Below are positions 19,431-29,450 of a DNA stretch of 64,000 nt, piece after piece. The notes under the pieces were generated by a model, which was not told the origin of the DNA, ran no database searches, and saw only the letters and a program-made list of their open reading frames with translations. This stretch comes from an uncultured Enterobacteriaceae bacterium. GTDB taxonomy: Bacteria > Pseudomonadota > Gammaproteobacteria > Pseudomonadales > Pseudohongiellaceae. Location: NCBI GenBank assembly GCA_964503965.1, contig CAZDCK010000007.1, positions 34,842 to 98,841 of the forward strand. The letters run 5' to 3'. The translations under genes were made by a program, and so were the position numbers. Every line of letters starts with the position of its first letter. Within the stretch, counting starts at the first letter, position 1.

Positions 19431-19630
19431 GCTATTGTCTCAATAACTGACAAAACTGCTTCCGATACTGTGTGGGACCAAATTTGTGTAGTGTCAGTTA
19501 GGGCGGAAAAAGCAGTTGCACAAACCCGTTGTTAACTAGAAAATTCGCTTAACGTTTCAAAGTCTGGCTACACAGTTAAAGAATACTTTAAATAACCTGA
19601 ACCTAAAACAAATCATAAGAAGGGGATACC

Positions 19631-19906
19631 GTGAATAAATCAGAATTAATAGATGCTGTTGCTGAAAAAGCAGATCTTCCAAAAGCAGCTGCTGCCCGTG
19701 CCATTGATGCGATGACAGACGCCATTGCTGACTCCCTCAAAGGTGGTAGCTCAGTTTCATTGGTCGGCTTTGGTTCTTTCAATGTCAAGGATCGTCCAGC
19801 TCGGACCGGTCGTAATCCGCAGACTGGCGCACCGATCCAGATTTCTGCAGCGAAGGTACCTTCTTTTAAAGCTGGTAAGGCACTGAAAGACGCAGTTAAT
19901 TCCTGA
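19631..19906 (+). CDS. hupB: DNA-binding protein HU-beta
   Basis: 91 aa from a GTG start. [28 protein letters not shown]...[21 protein letters not shown] is a canonical HU sequence. Confidence 0.92.
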   Translation: MNKSELIDAVAEKADLPKAAAARAIDAMTDAIADSLKGGSSVSLVGFGSFNVKDRPARTGRNPQTGAPIQISAAKVPSFKAGKALKDAVNS

Positions 19907-19957
19907 TATAATCCGGCTCCGTAACAGGGGCCGTTTTACAGGATAACTCCTTAAGAG

Positions 19958-19986
19958 GGCGCATCTATGATGCGCCTTCTGTTTTT
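19958..19986 (+). terminator. Rho-independent terminator after hupB
   Basis: GGCGCATC-tat-GATGCGCC forms an 8-bp stem and is followed by ttctgttttt. Confidence 0.6.
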
Positions 19987-20082
19987 GGGAGAACCCGGTT
20001 CTCTATTTGTTATGTTCACCGGTACCTGGAAACAGGTAATAACTGGGAACTTGGATACTTTTACATAGTCTGGTAATTGGAA

Positions 20083-21969
20083 ATGCTTCAAAAAATTCGT
20101 GATAACAGCCAGGGTACAGCTGCCAAAATATTTGTCTGGTTCATCATCGTGGTCTTCGGTGCCTGGGGTGCGAGCACCATCGTTTCCAGCGTCATTAATG
20201 CAACCCCGGTGGTTTCGGTTAATGGCGAGGAAATTGACGAACTGGAAGTAGAGAGGAATGCCCAGCTCAAGATGCAGGAATATCTGGAGGCCCAGGGACC
20301 AGATGCTGATCTTTCCGGTATTGATGAAGAACTCATCAGGGAAGCCGCTATCAGTGAATTGATCCAGAGGAAGCTATTGCTTCAGTATGCAGAGCAAACC
20401 GGCATGGTGATTTCTTCTCGCGCCATTGATCGTAGTATTGCCCAGACACCAGATTTTCAGGTGGATGGTGTGTTTAACGGTGAGCGTGCCCAGATGCTGC
20501 TGCAAAGTATGGGTTATACACCAAATTCCTATCGTTCAGCGCTTGCTACTGAAGGAGTGATTAATCAGACTTCGTTTGCCTACGGTTTATCTGGCTTTAC
20601 AACCAGAAAAGAGCTTGAGCATTTGGCTGCCCTGGTCAACCAGACACGGGATATACGCTATATCCTGATTAATCTGGGCAGTGAACTGGATAATATCGAA
20701 ATCCAGGAAGAGGACATCCAGAATTATTACACTGAAAATGAGAAGTCTTTTATACTGGAAGAGCAGGTTTCCCTTGAATACCTGGAACTGGACAAGGAAG
20801 AGATTTTTGATGAGGTGACGGTGACGGAAGAACAGATCCGTCAGCGTTATGATGAGGAACAGCTGGAATACCAGTCCCAGATAGAACGCCGAGCATCTCA
20901 TATCCTCCTTGAAGCATTTGATGATGCAGATTATGACGAGGCCATGTCTCAGGCAACCGAACTCAAACAGCGCATCGATGATGGTGAAAGCTTTGAAGAG
21001 CTCGCTGCAGAATTCTCAAATGACCTTGGTTCCGCTGCAGATGGGGGTGACGTGGGGTATACAACGGGTGATACCTTTGTCGAGCCTTTTGAACAAGCGT
21101 TGTTAAGCCTTGATGTCGGTGAAGTATCTGCACCGGTTCGTACAGAGTTTGGTGTTCACCTGATCAAACTGACCGAGCGAAGTGAGTCCGAAATTGAAAC
21201 CTTTGAAGACGCCAGAGAGCGTCTTGAACGTGATCTGAAGACTGCACAGGTAGATACGATTTTTTTGGCTCGCCAGGAAGAACTGGGTAATCTCGCCTTT
21301 GAGTCTTTTGATCTTGCCGATCCGGCCGAAATCATGGGGCTTGAAATCCAGACCACGGGATTGTTTGGCCGCTCTGGGGGTACCGGAATAGCAGCGAACC
21401 AGGATGTCATCAATTCGGGCTTCAGTCAGGAAGTGCTTCTGGACGGACTAAACAGCAACCTCATTGCCATCACGCCTTCACGCAGCGTTGTGATCCGGGT
21501 AAAGGAGCACAATCAGCCGGAAATTCAGCCACTGGAGAGTGTTCGTGGAGAAATAGAAGTCATGCTGCGTTTTGACAAAATTCGGGATATGTCTATTGAC
21601 CTGGGTGAAACGATTGTCTCCTCAATAAATAATGGCCAGAATATTGACACGCTACTGGAGACCCAGAATCTCAGCTGGAACCAGATTTCCGAGCTTGAAA
21701 GGACCAATCCAGCATTGCCCCCTGAACTTGTCGCCAATGTGTTTGAAATGGATACGCCAGCTGATGGCGAGACTTCTGTTGAAGGCTTTGAATTAGCCAC
21801 CGGTGACTATGTTGTGGTTGAACTACAGCAGGTCAATGACGGCATAATCGAGGATTTTGAGGAAGCTGAACTGGAAAGTCTCCAGGACTTCCTGGCCCAG
21901 CAGTCAGCCAACGCAGAATTTCAGGCCCTGGTGATGGGCATGCAGGAAAGGGCAGAGATCGAAAGATAG
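20083..21969 (+). CDS. ppiD: periplasmic chaperone / peptidyl-prolyl isomerase PpiD
   Basis: About 628 aa starting MLQKIRDNSQGTAAKIFVWFIIVVFGAWG (N-terminal TM anchor). It has a parvulin-like domain (ASHILL...GGDVGYTTGDTFVEPFEQA...EFGVHLIKL). The position after hupB is conserved. The track start at 20077 is TTG; ATG 20083 is preferred. Confidence 0.85.
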   Translation: MLQKIRDNSQGTAAKIFVWFIIVVFGAWGASTIVSSVINATPVVSVNGEEIDELEVERNAQLKMQEYLEAQGPDADLSGIDEELIREAAISELIQRKLLLQYAEQTGMVISSRAIDRSIAQTPDFQVDGVFNGERAQMLLQSMGYTPNSYRSALATEGVINQTSFAYGLSGFTTRKELEHLAALVNQTRDIRYILINLGSELDNIEIQEEDIQNYYTENEKSFILEEQVSLEYLELDKEEIFDEVTVTEEQIRQRYDEEQLEYQSQIERRASHILLEAFDDADYDEAMSQATELKQRIDDGESFEELAAEFSNDLGSAADGGDVGYTTGDTFVEPFEQALLSLDVGEVSAPVRTEFGVHLIKLTERSESEIETFEDARERLERDLKTAQVDTIFLARQEELGNLAFESFDLADPAEIMGLEIQTTGLFGRSGGTGIAANQDVINSGFSQEVLLDGLNSNLIAITPSRSVVIRVKEHNQPEIQPLESVRGEIEVMLRFDKIRDMSIDLGETIVSSINNGQNIDTLLETQNLSWNQISELERTNPALPPELVANVFEMDTPADGETSVEGFELATGDYVVVELQQVNDGIIEDFEEAELESLQDFLAQQSANAEFQALVMGMQERAEIER

Positions 21970-21981
21970 TTTGTCAGAAAG

Positions 21982-22008
21982 CCCGGATAAAATATCCGGG
22001 TTTTTTTT
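21982..22008 (+). terminator. Rho-independent terminator after ppiD
   Basis: CCCGGATA-aaa-TATCCGGG hairpin followed by T8 (22001-22008). Confidence 0.8.
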
Positions 22009-22203
22009 GCCTGCCTGGTACCAACCTTGTTCAATCACCTCTGGCATCGACAAAACAGGAGCATACTATTGGCTGTCACTGAATTGAGGCAATGATTAAC
22101 TGACCTCGTCATTTGACTTATAGGAATGACAAATCATTGTTTTTTCCCGAGCTATCGACATAATAGATCCTGGCATCCGCTATCAGTAATAAGAGTAATT
22201 GTT

Positions 22204-23826
22204 GTGGCTAAAAATATACGTTTCATCATCTGCTTTTCCCTTGCACTTCTTGCATCATGCGGTAGTCCAGATGCGACACGCGTGGAAAGTGGTAACCGGG
22301 ACGGGGTGCTGCATTTCGGCAATGGTACCGAGCCCCAGGGCCTTGATCCCCATATCGTCACTGGCGTTCCCGAACACCATATAATCAGCGCAATCTTTGA
22401 AGGCCTGGTTACCAAGAATCCCGAAACCCTGGAACCCGAACCTGGTGTGGCCCAAAGCTGGGATATTAGCGAGGATGGCCGTATATACACTTTTCATCTC
22501 AGGGAAAATGCGAAGTGGAGTAATGGCGAAACGGTAACCGCTGAGGATTTTCGCTGGTCGTGGGAGAGGGCGCTGAATCCGGCATTGGGGAGTCTGTATA
22601 ACTATATGTTCTTCCCCATTGTAAATGCCGAGGCTTATGCCAATGGCGATCTTGAGGATTTCAGTCAAGTGGGGGTGAAGGTGCTCGATGAATTCACCCT
22701 TGAAGTAAGCCTGAATGAGCCTACCCCGTTTATACTGCAATTATTCGATCACTACAGTACCTTTCCTGTCCATCCGGAAACAGTTCTTGCCTTTGGCGCA
22801 CCCTCTGACCGCTTTTCCCAGTGGTCCCGTGAAGGCAATATCGTCACTAATGGTCCCTTTATGCTGACCGAGTGGCAGGTAAACTCCCATATCCGAGTGG
22901 AAAAGTCGCCACTGTACTGGGATGCCGACAGGGTCAAGCTGAATGCTATTGTCTACTATCCTACAGAAAACATTGTCACCGAGGAGAGGATGTTTCGTGA
23001 TGGTCAGCTCCATTTCACCAATGATGTGCCATTGGACAAGATACCGGTCTACAAGGCGGAGCAGCCGGAACTCATTACTATCGCTCCTTATCTGGGTACC
23101 TACTATTACCTGATTAACACAAACAGGGCCCCATTTGATGATGTCAGGGTCAGAAAAGCCCTTTCCATGGCAATTGACAGGGAACTACTTGCTGAAACGG
23201 TTATGGAAGGCATCGTACTACCTGCATATGCACTGGTTCCTCCGGGTACTTTGGGCTATCAGCCCCCTGCAACGTTCAGTTATGACCTGGAAGAGGCCCG
23301 GGAACTGTTGGCTGAAGCAGGCTACCCGAACGGAGAAGGCTTTCCCGAAGTCGAAATCCTGTATAACACCCAGGAAAGCCACCGCAAAATAGCTGTTGCC
23401 ATCCAGCAAATGTGGACGCAGGCACTGGGCATTTCGTCGACTCCCATGAACAAGGAGTGGAAGGTGTATCTTGATGCCACTGATAACGGCAATTATGATA
23501 TTTCACGCCGTGGCTGGATTGGTGATTACGTTGATCCCAATACGTTTCTGGATATGATGATTACGGATGGGGGAAATAATAAAACGGGATTCAGTGACAC
23601 CCGCTATGATGAAATTATTCTTCGTGAAGCCCCCAAAAAGCTTGATCAGGAAGAACGCTTCGCCCTTTACAGGGAAGCTGAAACCATCTTGATGGAACAG
23701 ATGCCTATCATTCCAGTATACACCTATGTGAGTAAACACCTGATCGTACCAAGTCTTAGAGGATTGCCAGCGAACATAATGGATTACTATAACTGGAAAT
23801 ATGTTTATCTGGATCCGGCGCATTAG
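22204..23826 (+). CDS. peptide ABC transporter substrate-binding protein (family 5, OppA/DppA/YejA-like), probable lipoprotein
   Basis: A family-5 SBP-sized protein containing the blocks GLVTKNPETLEPEPGVAQSWDISEDGRIYTFHLRENAKWSNGE and RRGWIGDYVDPNTFL. The lipobox LLASC|G suggests a start at GTG 22204 rather than the track ATG at 22126. It is the first gene of an SBP-permease-permease-ATPase operon. Confidence 0.85.
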   Translation: MAKNIRFIICFSLALLASCGSPDATRVESGNRDGVLHFGNGTEPQGLDPHIVTGVPEHHIISAIFEGLVTKNPETLEPEPGVAQSWDISEDGRIYTFHLRENAKWSNGETVTAEDFRWSWERALNPALGSLYNYMFFPIVNAEAYANGDLEDFSQVGVKVLDEFTLEVSLNEPTPFILQLFDHYSTFPVHPETVLAFGAPSDRFSQWSREGNIVTNGPFMLTEWQVNSHIRVEKSPLYWDADRVKLNAIVYYPTENIVTEERMFRDGQLHFTNDVPLDKIPVYKAEQPELITIAPYLGTYYYLINTNRAPFDDVRVRKALSMAIDRELLAETVMEGIVLPAYALVPPGTLGYQPPATFSYDLEEARELLAEAGYPNGEGFPEVEILYNTQESHRKIAVAIQQMWTQALGISSTPMNKEWKVYLDATDNGNYDISRRGWIGDYVDPNTFLDMMITDGGNNKTGFSDTRYDEIILREAPKKLDQEERFALYREAETILMEQMPIIPVYTYVSKHLIVPSLRGLPANIMDYYNWKYVYLDPAH

Positions 23827-23841
23827 GGCAAAACAACAGTT

Positions 23842-24771
23842 ATGTGGCGATTCATCGGATTTCGGACCCTCCAATCCATCCCTGTAATTCTGGCGGTAAT
23901 CACGGTTACCTTTTTTCTTGTCAGGGCCGCTCCGGGTGGACCGTTCTCCAATGAAAAGGCCGTTTCTCCCCAGGTGCAGGCGGCCCTTGAGGCCCAATAC
24001 AGGCTGGATCAGCCGCCAATGCAGCAATATGTTTCCTACCTCGTAGATCTGGTCAGCGGGGATATGGGACCCTCATTTTACTATCCCGGGCGCAGGGTCG
24101 ATGAACTCATTCTTCAGGGCTTGCCTATCACGGCCGAACTTGGCCTGTATGCCCTGATAATAGCCGTGCTTATCGGAACGGTGTCAGGAATCTTCGCCGC
24201 ACTGCGGCCCAATACCCTGCAGGACTATGTGCCCATGAGTATTGCCATGGTGGGAATCTGCATGCCTTCGTTTCTGCTGGGGCCGACACTTGTTCTGGTG
24301 TTCGGCATCTGGCTTGACTGGCTTCCTGTGAGTGGCTGGGGTGCTGGTCCGGGTGACAAGATTTTACCCAGTATTACCCTCGGTGCCATGTATGCAGCTT
24401 ATATTGCGCGTCTGAGTCGTTCTGGCATGCTCGAAGTGATGACCCAGGACTACCTGCGCACTGCAAGGGCAAAAGGTTTGCCGGAACATATTGTCATTCT
24501 CAAGCATGCGCTCAGAGGGGGATTGCTCCCCGTAGTGAGTTACCTGGGGCCTGCCTTTGCGGCCTTACTTAGCGGCTCTTTCGTGGTGGAAACTATTTTC
24601 CAAATACCTGGACTTGGCCGGTTCTACATCCAGGCGGCGTTTAACCGGGACTACACCATGATTCTGGGCACGACCGTTTTTCTGTCGACACTCATTGTCG
24701 TGTTCAATCTTTTATCCGACATCATTGCCGCGTGGCTTAATCCCCGGCTTCGGTATCAGTTCAGGAAGTAG
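23842..24771 (+). CDS. peptide ABC transporter permease (DppB/OppB/YejB-like)
   Basis: 309 aa. The N-terminus ...IPVILAVITVTFFLVRAAPGGPF is typical, as is the EAA-loop region YLRTARAKGLPEHIVILKHALRG. Confidence 0.9.
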   Translation: MWRFIGFRTLQSIPVILAVITVTFFLVRAAPGGPFSNEKAVSPQVQAALEAQYRLDQPPMQQYVSYLVDLVSGDMGPSFYYPGRRVDELILQGLPITAELGLYALIIAVLIGTVSGIFAALRPNTLQDYVPMSIAMVGICMPSFLLGPTLVLVFGIWLDWLPVSGWGAGPGDKILPSITLGAMYAAYIARLSRSGMLEVMTQDYLRTARAKGLPEHIVILKHALRGGLLPVVSYLGPAFAALLSGSFVVETIFQIPGLGRFYIQAAFNRDYTMILGTTVFLSTLIVVFNLLSDIIAAWLNPRLRYQFRK

Positions 24772-24785
24772 GGCGGGAATTATTT

Positions 24786-25679
24786 GTGACCCAGAATAGT
24801 ACAATCACCAGCCTTGATAACGCTGTCCCGAAAGGTACCTCCCTTTGGGATGATGCCCTGCACCGCCTGCGTAAAAACAGGCTGGCCATGGTCGGATTGA
24901 TTTATCTGGTCTTTATCCTTGTGATATGCCTCTTGACCCCGTGGATCGCCCCTTATGGCTATGAAGAGCAGAATCTGCGTCTTGGTGCCAGTGCACCTTC
25001 TGCGGAACATTGGCTAGGTACCGACACCTTTGGTCGTGACTTGCTTACGCGGATTCTCTACGGTGGCAGGGTTTCTCTGCTGGTAGGCTTTATCGCCACG
25101 TCGGTTGCCCTGGTCATCGGTGTTACGTATGGCGCTATAGCTGGTTATGCCGGTGGTAAAGTCGACAATATCTTGATGCGGCTGGTGGATATTCTCTATG
25201 CCTTGCCTTTCATGATTTTCATCATTCTGCTCATGGTGGTCTTCGGTCGAAATCTTTTTCTGCTTTTCCTCGCCATTGGAGCGGTGGAATGGCTCGTGAT
25301 GGCCCGTATCGTGCGTGGACAGGTGCAGAGTTTACGCCAGCAGGAATATGTCGAGGCCGCCATGTCGCTCGGGCTCTCACCAGCAGCCATCATATTTCGT
25401 CACCTGATTCCAAATGCGCTTGGCCCGGTGATTGTCTATACCACACTGACTATTCCCAATGTCATGCTGCTGGAAGCCTTTCTGAGCTTTCTCGGTCTTG
25501 GGATCCAGCCACCTGAATCCTCCTGGGGGCTTCTGATTTCATATGGGGTTGAGACCATGGAGGAATATCCCTGGCTGCTTATTTACCCAGGCCTTGCACT
25601 TACGCTGACGCTATTTGCCCTTAATTTCCTTGGTGATGGTCTCAGGGATGCCCTGGACGTCAAGGCATCGAAGGATTAA
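24786..25679 (+). CDS. peptide ABC transporter permease (DppC/OppC/YejE-like)
   Basis: 297 aa from a GTG start. It has the HWLGTDTFGRDLLTRILYGGRVSL motif and the EAA loop EYVEAAMSLGLSPAAIIFRHLIPN. Confidence 0.9.
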   Translation: MTQNSTITSLDNAVPKGTSLWDDALHRLRKNRLAMVGLIYLVFILVICLLTPWIAPYGYEEQNLRLGASAPSAEHWLGTDTFGRDLLTRILYGGRVSLLVGFIATSVALVIGVTYGAIAGYAGGKVDNILMRLVDILYALPFMIFIILLMVVFGRNLFLLFLAIGAVEWLVMARIVRGQVQSLRQQEYVEAAMSLGLSPAAIIFRHLIPNALGPVIVYTTLTIPNVMLLEAFLSFLGLGIQPPESSWGLLISYGVETMEEYPWLLIYPGLALTLTLFALNFLGDGLRDALDVKASKD

Positions 25680-25683
25680 CCGT

Positions 25684-27291
25684 ATGCCCCTGCTTACAGT
25701 GGATAACCTTTCCGTTCATTTCCATACCCGCAATGGCCTGGTCAGGGCTGTCGACGGTATCAGTTTTGAGGTGGAGAAGGGAAAGACTTTTGCCATTATT
25801 GGTGAATCAGGTTCAGGAAAGTCAGTGGCCTGCTATAGCATGCTGGGGCTGGTTCCCATGCCTCCAGGTCGAATTGAGTCCGGCAGTGTTATTTTTCACG
25901 ACCAGGACCTTCTGACCCTGTCAGAAAGGCAACTACGAAAAGTCAGGGGAAAGGGCATATCCATCATATTTCAGGATCCCATGACGACCCTGAATCCCTT
26001 TCTCAAAATCGGAGATCAACTCATTGAACCATTGCAGCTTCATTTCGGTATGGACAAAAAGGCTGCCTGGCAACGGGGTATTGAAATACTGGAGGAAGTA
26101 GGAATTCGGGATGCCGCCGCGCGCATGAATGCCTGGCCTTTTGAGTTTTCCGGAGGCATGAGGCAGCGTGTGGTCATTGCGATGGCGCTGGTGACCGAGC
26201 CAGACATAATTATCGCTGATGAACCTACAACGGCTCTCGATGTCACCGTACAGGCGCAGATCCTGAAACTGCTCAAGGAACTCCAGGAACGACACAATAT
26301 CGGTGTTATTTTTATCAGTCATGACCTGAGTGTTGTGTCTGATATTGCTGATGAAATAGCCGTGATGCAAAACGGCAAATTTGTCGAGACTGGCAACCAG
26401 CAGGCCATATTTCAAAACCCGCAACATGAATACACACGTAAACTGCTGGCAGCAGTCCCAACGACGCAAAAAGTGGAAAGTGGGGAGATGGAAAAACCCC
26501 TGGTGGAAGTAAGCAACCTGTTGGTCGAGTTTCCCGGGAATATACCTGGTGAACCGGTGAGGGCCGTGAATGATGTCAGTCTTCAGATCAGGCGCAATGA
26601 AATTCTTGGACTTGTCGGGGAATCCGGTTCGGGTAAATCCACCCTGGGCCGAACGATCCTCCGCTTGATTGAACCTGCAGCAGGTCGTGTGATTGTAAAC
26701 GGTACAGATATCAGTCATTACTCACTGGCGTCCATGAAACCGCTGCGGCGCCAGATGCAGATGATTTTTCAGGATCCCTATGCCAGCCTGAATCCCCGGA
26801 TGACCGTGTTTGATACGCTTGCTGAACCCTTGTTACTTCATAACATATGCGACAGAAAGTCACTGGAAAAAGAGGTTTTTGCCCTGATGGACTCTGTGGG
26901 ACTGGCCAGGGAAAGTGTTCTGCGCTATCCCCATGAATTTTCCGGTGGTCAACGGCAGCGTATAGCAATTGGCAGAGCCATTGCCTCCAGGCCTGAATTT
27001 ATTGTGGCGGATGAACCTGTTTCTGCCCTGGATGTAACCATTCAGGCTCAGGTGCTCGACCTGCTGCTGCAACTGGTCGAACGTTTCAATCTCACCATGC
27101 TCTTTATTTCCCATGACCTGGGGGTAGTGCGCTACCTTTCTGACAGGATTGTGGTGATGAAGGAGGGCGTGCTCGTTGAGGAGGGGACTGTAGCCGAGGT
27201 TTTCAATACTCCGTCCCAGCAATATACCAGGGACTTACTGGGGGCCATCCCCGGTAAATCACTGTTGAGTGATACACAAACCCTGGCCTGA
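25684..27291 (+). CDS. fused double-domain ABC transporter ATP-binding protein (YejF/GsiA-like)
   Basis: Two complete ABC cassettes are present. Cassette 1 has GESGSGKS / FSGGMRQRV / IIADEPT. Cassette 2 has GESGSGKST / FSGGQRQRI / IVADEPV. ATG 25684 (MPLLTVDNLSVHF) is preferred over the track start at 25615, which overlaps the preceding permease. Confidence 0.9.
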   Translation: MPLLTVDNLSVHFHTRNGLVRAVDGISFEVEKGKTFAIIGESGSGKSVACYSMLGLVPMPPGRIESGSVIFHDQDLLTLSERQLRKVRGKGISIIFQDPMTTLNPFLKIGDQLIEPLQLHFGMDKKAAWQRGIEILEEVGIRDAAARMNAWPFEFSGGMRQRVVIAMALVTEPDIIIADEPTTALDVTVQAQILKLLKELQERHNIGVIFISHDLSVVSDIADEIAVMQNGKFVETGNQQAIFQNPQHEYTRKLLAAVPTTQKVESGEMEKPLVEVSNLLVEFPGNIPGEPVRAVNDVSLQIRRNEILGLVGESGSGKSTLGRTILRLIEPAAGRVIVNGTDISHYSLASMKPLRRQMQMIFQDPYASLNPRMTVFDTLAEPLLLHNICDRKSLEKEVFALMDSVGLARESVLRYPHEFSGGQRQRIAIGRAIASRPEFIVADEPVSALDVTIQAQVLDLLLQLVERFNLTMLFISHDLGVVRYLSDRIVVMKEGVLVEEGTVAEVFNTPSQQYTRDLLGAIPGKSLLSDTQTLA

Positions 27292-27295
27292 CACG

Positions 27296-28078
27296 TCAGA
27301 ATTCATCTTTCCAGCGACGAATTACCCCAAATACTTCTTCTGGAGATCCTGCTGCCTGCCCGCTGTGGCGGGATGCGGCTTCAATAACCATGGGGTCATC
27401 ACATCTCAGGAAAGGATTGGTCGCTTTTTCCTGGGCTATGGTGGTGGGTACTGTGGGAATGTCCTGGTTACGTCTGTGTTGCTCCATGCTAATGCGTTCT
27501 GACACCAAACTGTCCTCAGGTAATACGGCCCGGGCAAATGCCAGATTGGCGAGCGTGTATTCGTGGGCACAATAGACCCGGGTCGCAGCGGGAAGGGCGG
27601 CCAGTTTCTGTAAACTGGCATGCATCATGGGTGGGGTACCCTCAAATACCCTGCCACATCCTCCGGCAAACAAGGTGTCCCCACAGAAAAGCAGTGGCTC
27701 TGATTTTTCTGTGCCGGCAGCAAAGTAGGCTATATGATCCAGTGTATGTCCCGGTATTTCCATCACCTGGAAAGTTTGCCCCAGGATGGAGATCTCGTCG
27801 CCATCACCAAGTGGGTGTGTGATAGACGGAATATTTGGTGATTCCGGGCCATAAACGGGACAGTCAAATTTCTCCCTGAGACCTCCGATACCGCCTGTAT
27901 GATCCCCATGGTGATGGGTTATCACAATTGCCTGCAGGGTCATTCCTTTCGCTTTCAGGGTTTCCAGTACCGGTGCGACATCTCCCGGATCGACAACGGC
28001 GCAGTCCCGGCTTCCTTCAGGATTGATAAGCCACAGGTAATTGTCGTTAAAAGCCCTGATCGGAGTTACTTCAAGCAT
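27296..28078 (-). CDS. gloB: hydroxyacylglutathione hydrolase (glyoxalase II)
   Basis: 260 aa starting MLEVTPIRAFNDNYLWLI. It has the metallo-beta-lactamase motif THHHGDHTGG and a C-terminal NPFLR motif. Confidence 0.9.
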   Translation of the reverse strand: MLEVTPIRAFNDNYLWLINPEGSRDCAVVDPGDVAPVLETLKAKGMTLQAIVITHHHGDHTGGIGGLREKFDCPVYGPESPNIPSITHPLGDGDEISILGQTFQVMEIPGHTLDHIAYFAAGTEKSEPLLFCGDTLFAGGCGRVFEGTPPMMHASLQKLAALPAATRVYCAHEYTLANLAFARAVLPEDSLVSERISMEQHRRNQDIPTVPTTIAQEKATNPFLRCDDPMVIEAASRHSGQAAGSPEEVFGVIRRWKDEF

Positions 28079-28188
28079 ATTTTTCTCCTGTATTCAGCCA
28101 TGTCCAGGTCCGTCCAAGTGTTGTCGCATGCGCCCGGTGAGTCAGGTATGATACCGGAATTATTCAGTCATGTCGGTCAGTCCTGAGC

Positions 28189-28986
28189 GTGTTCAGTAGC
28201 AGTCATAGGGAAAATCTAGACAGTCCAGGGTTTTATGATGCCATGAGCAGTTGGTATGAAACCCCGCTTGGGCAAAAGCTGCTGTCTGTCGAAAACCAGT
28301 TACTCACTGAATCCCTGTCCAGGCGCTTTGGTTATCATTTGCTTCAAATCGGTTGTGCCAACATGCCGATGTTTGAACCGAGTCCCATAGGTCACAAATT
28401 TTCCATCACTCATGGCAATCCCACAGATGACCACTGTATTGTTGCCAAGGGCGAGGCTATTCCGATAGCCAGTGAATCCATTGACCTGGTTTTGTTACAC
28501 CACGCCCTGGATTATTCCTGTTACCAGCACCGTCTGTTGAGAGAGGTGTCACGAGTTCTGATTGCCGGTGGCTGTGTGGTTATTATTGGTTTCAATCCCA
28601 TCAGTAGCTGGGGCATAAGAAGCCGCATGCCGGGCAGGAAGAGTCATCCCTGGCAGGGCAAGTTGCTGAGCACACTGCGAATTACTGACTGGCTTAAATT
28701 GCTTGATTTTCAGGTTGAACAGGTTCGGCATGGTGCCTATACCCTGCCTGTGAATTCCCCGGCCATGATCCGCTACTCAAGCGTATTTGAAAAACTGGCA
28801 ACCCGAATAAACTGGCCTACTGGTGGTGTTTACATGATCTCTGCCCGTAAACAGCTGACCCCGTTGACTCCCATCCAAACGTCCTGGCGGGATTTCGCCA
28901 GCGCCAATGTAGGCCTTCCGGTGGCTGAAAATATCAGGCAGGTCTCTCGTGATCTCCTGAATGCCAGTAACGAGGAAAAGAAGTAA
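28189..28986 (+). CDS. class I SAM-dependent methyltransferase (YafS-like by position)
   Basis: About 250-265 aa. LLQIGC... and DLVLLHHALDY..., then LREVSRVLIAGGCVVIIGFNP, fit a methyltransferase-11-type fold. Its position between gloB and rnhA matches E. coli yafS. The start is uncertain (GTG 28189 or ATG 28243). Confidence 0.65.
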   Translation: MFSSSHRENLDSPGFYDAMSSWYETPLGQKLLSVENQLLTESLSRRFGYHLLQIGCANMPMFEPSPIGHKFSITHGNPTDDHCIVAKGEAIPIASESIDLVLLHHALDYSCYQHRLLREVSRVLIAGGCVVIIGFNPISSWGIRSRMPGRKSHPWQGKLLSTLRITDWLKLLDFQVEQVRHGAYTLPVNSPAMIRYSSVFEKLATRINWPTGGVYMISARKQLTPLTPIQTSWRDFASANVGLPVAENIRQVSRDLLNASNEEKK

Positions 28987-28992
28987 ACAGCA

Positions 28993-29430
28993 ATGAGCAA
29001 GCAGATATTGATCTATACCGATGGTGCTTGTCGGGGAAATCCCGGACCAGGAGGATGGGGGGCCGTTTTGCAGTTTGCTGACAAGGAAAAGCGGCTTTAT
29101 GGCGGTGAACGGGAAACCACCAATAACAGGATGGAACTCACGGCAGTAATCAGGGCCCTGGAGTGCCTGAAAGATAACCAGTGGCCTGTGCGTGTGGTTA
29201 CAGATTCCAAATATGTCCTGCAGGGGATCACAGAGTGGATCAAGGGCTGGAAGAAAAAGGGCTGGCGAACGGCCAGCAAGAAACCGGTGATGAACGCTGA
29301 ACTTTGGCAGGAACTGGATGCCCTGGTTGAGCGTTTTGATATTCAGTGGGAATGGGTGAAAGGGCACAGTGGCCACCCGGGTAACGAACTGGCAGATGAA
29401 CTGGCCAATCGTGGTATTGATGAGTTATAG
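28993..29430 (+). CDS. rnhA: ribonuclease HI
   Basis: 145 aa. [36 protein letters not shown] and [15 protein letters not shown] cover the DEDD catalytic residues. Confidence 0.95.
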   Translation: MSKQILIYTDGACRGNPGPGGWGAVLQFADKEKRLYGGERETTNNRMELTAVIRALECLKDNQWPVRVVTDSKYVLQGITEWIKGWKKKGWRTASKKPVMNAELWQELDALVERFDIQWEWVKGHSGHPGNELADELANRGIDEL

Positions 29431-29450
29431 GATATTTAGCGGGTAACGAT

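Noticed and set aside
25933-26718. 261-aa ORF on the minus strand inside the fused ABC ATPase gene
   Set aside because: It lies entirely antisense to a CDS with two textbook ABC cassettes and has no recognisable motifs. It is a typical shadow ORF. The same reasoning applies to 13208-13864 (in tig), 62107-62745 (in lolC), 35210-35800 (in nfuA), 28777-29376 (across the methyltransferase and rnhA), 44679-45242 (in sthA), 23503-24027, 50850-51374, 47290-47781, 22255-22740, 10791-11207, 16308-16745 and 54617-55153.
27288-27299. Convergent ABC ATPase and gloB stop codons only 4 bp apart with no room for terminators
   Set aside because: This is unusual-looking but common in compact genomes. Nothing in the sequence suggests more than tight packing.
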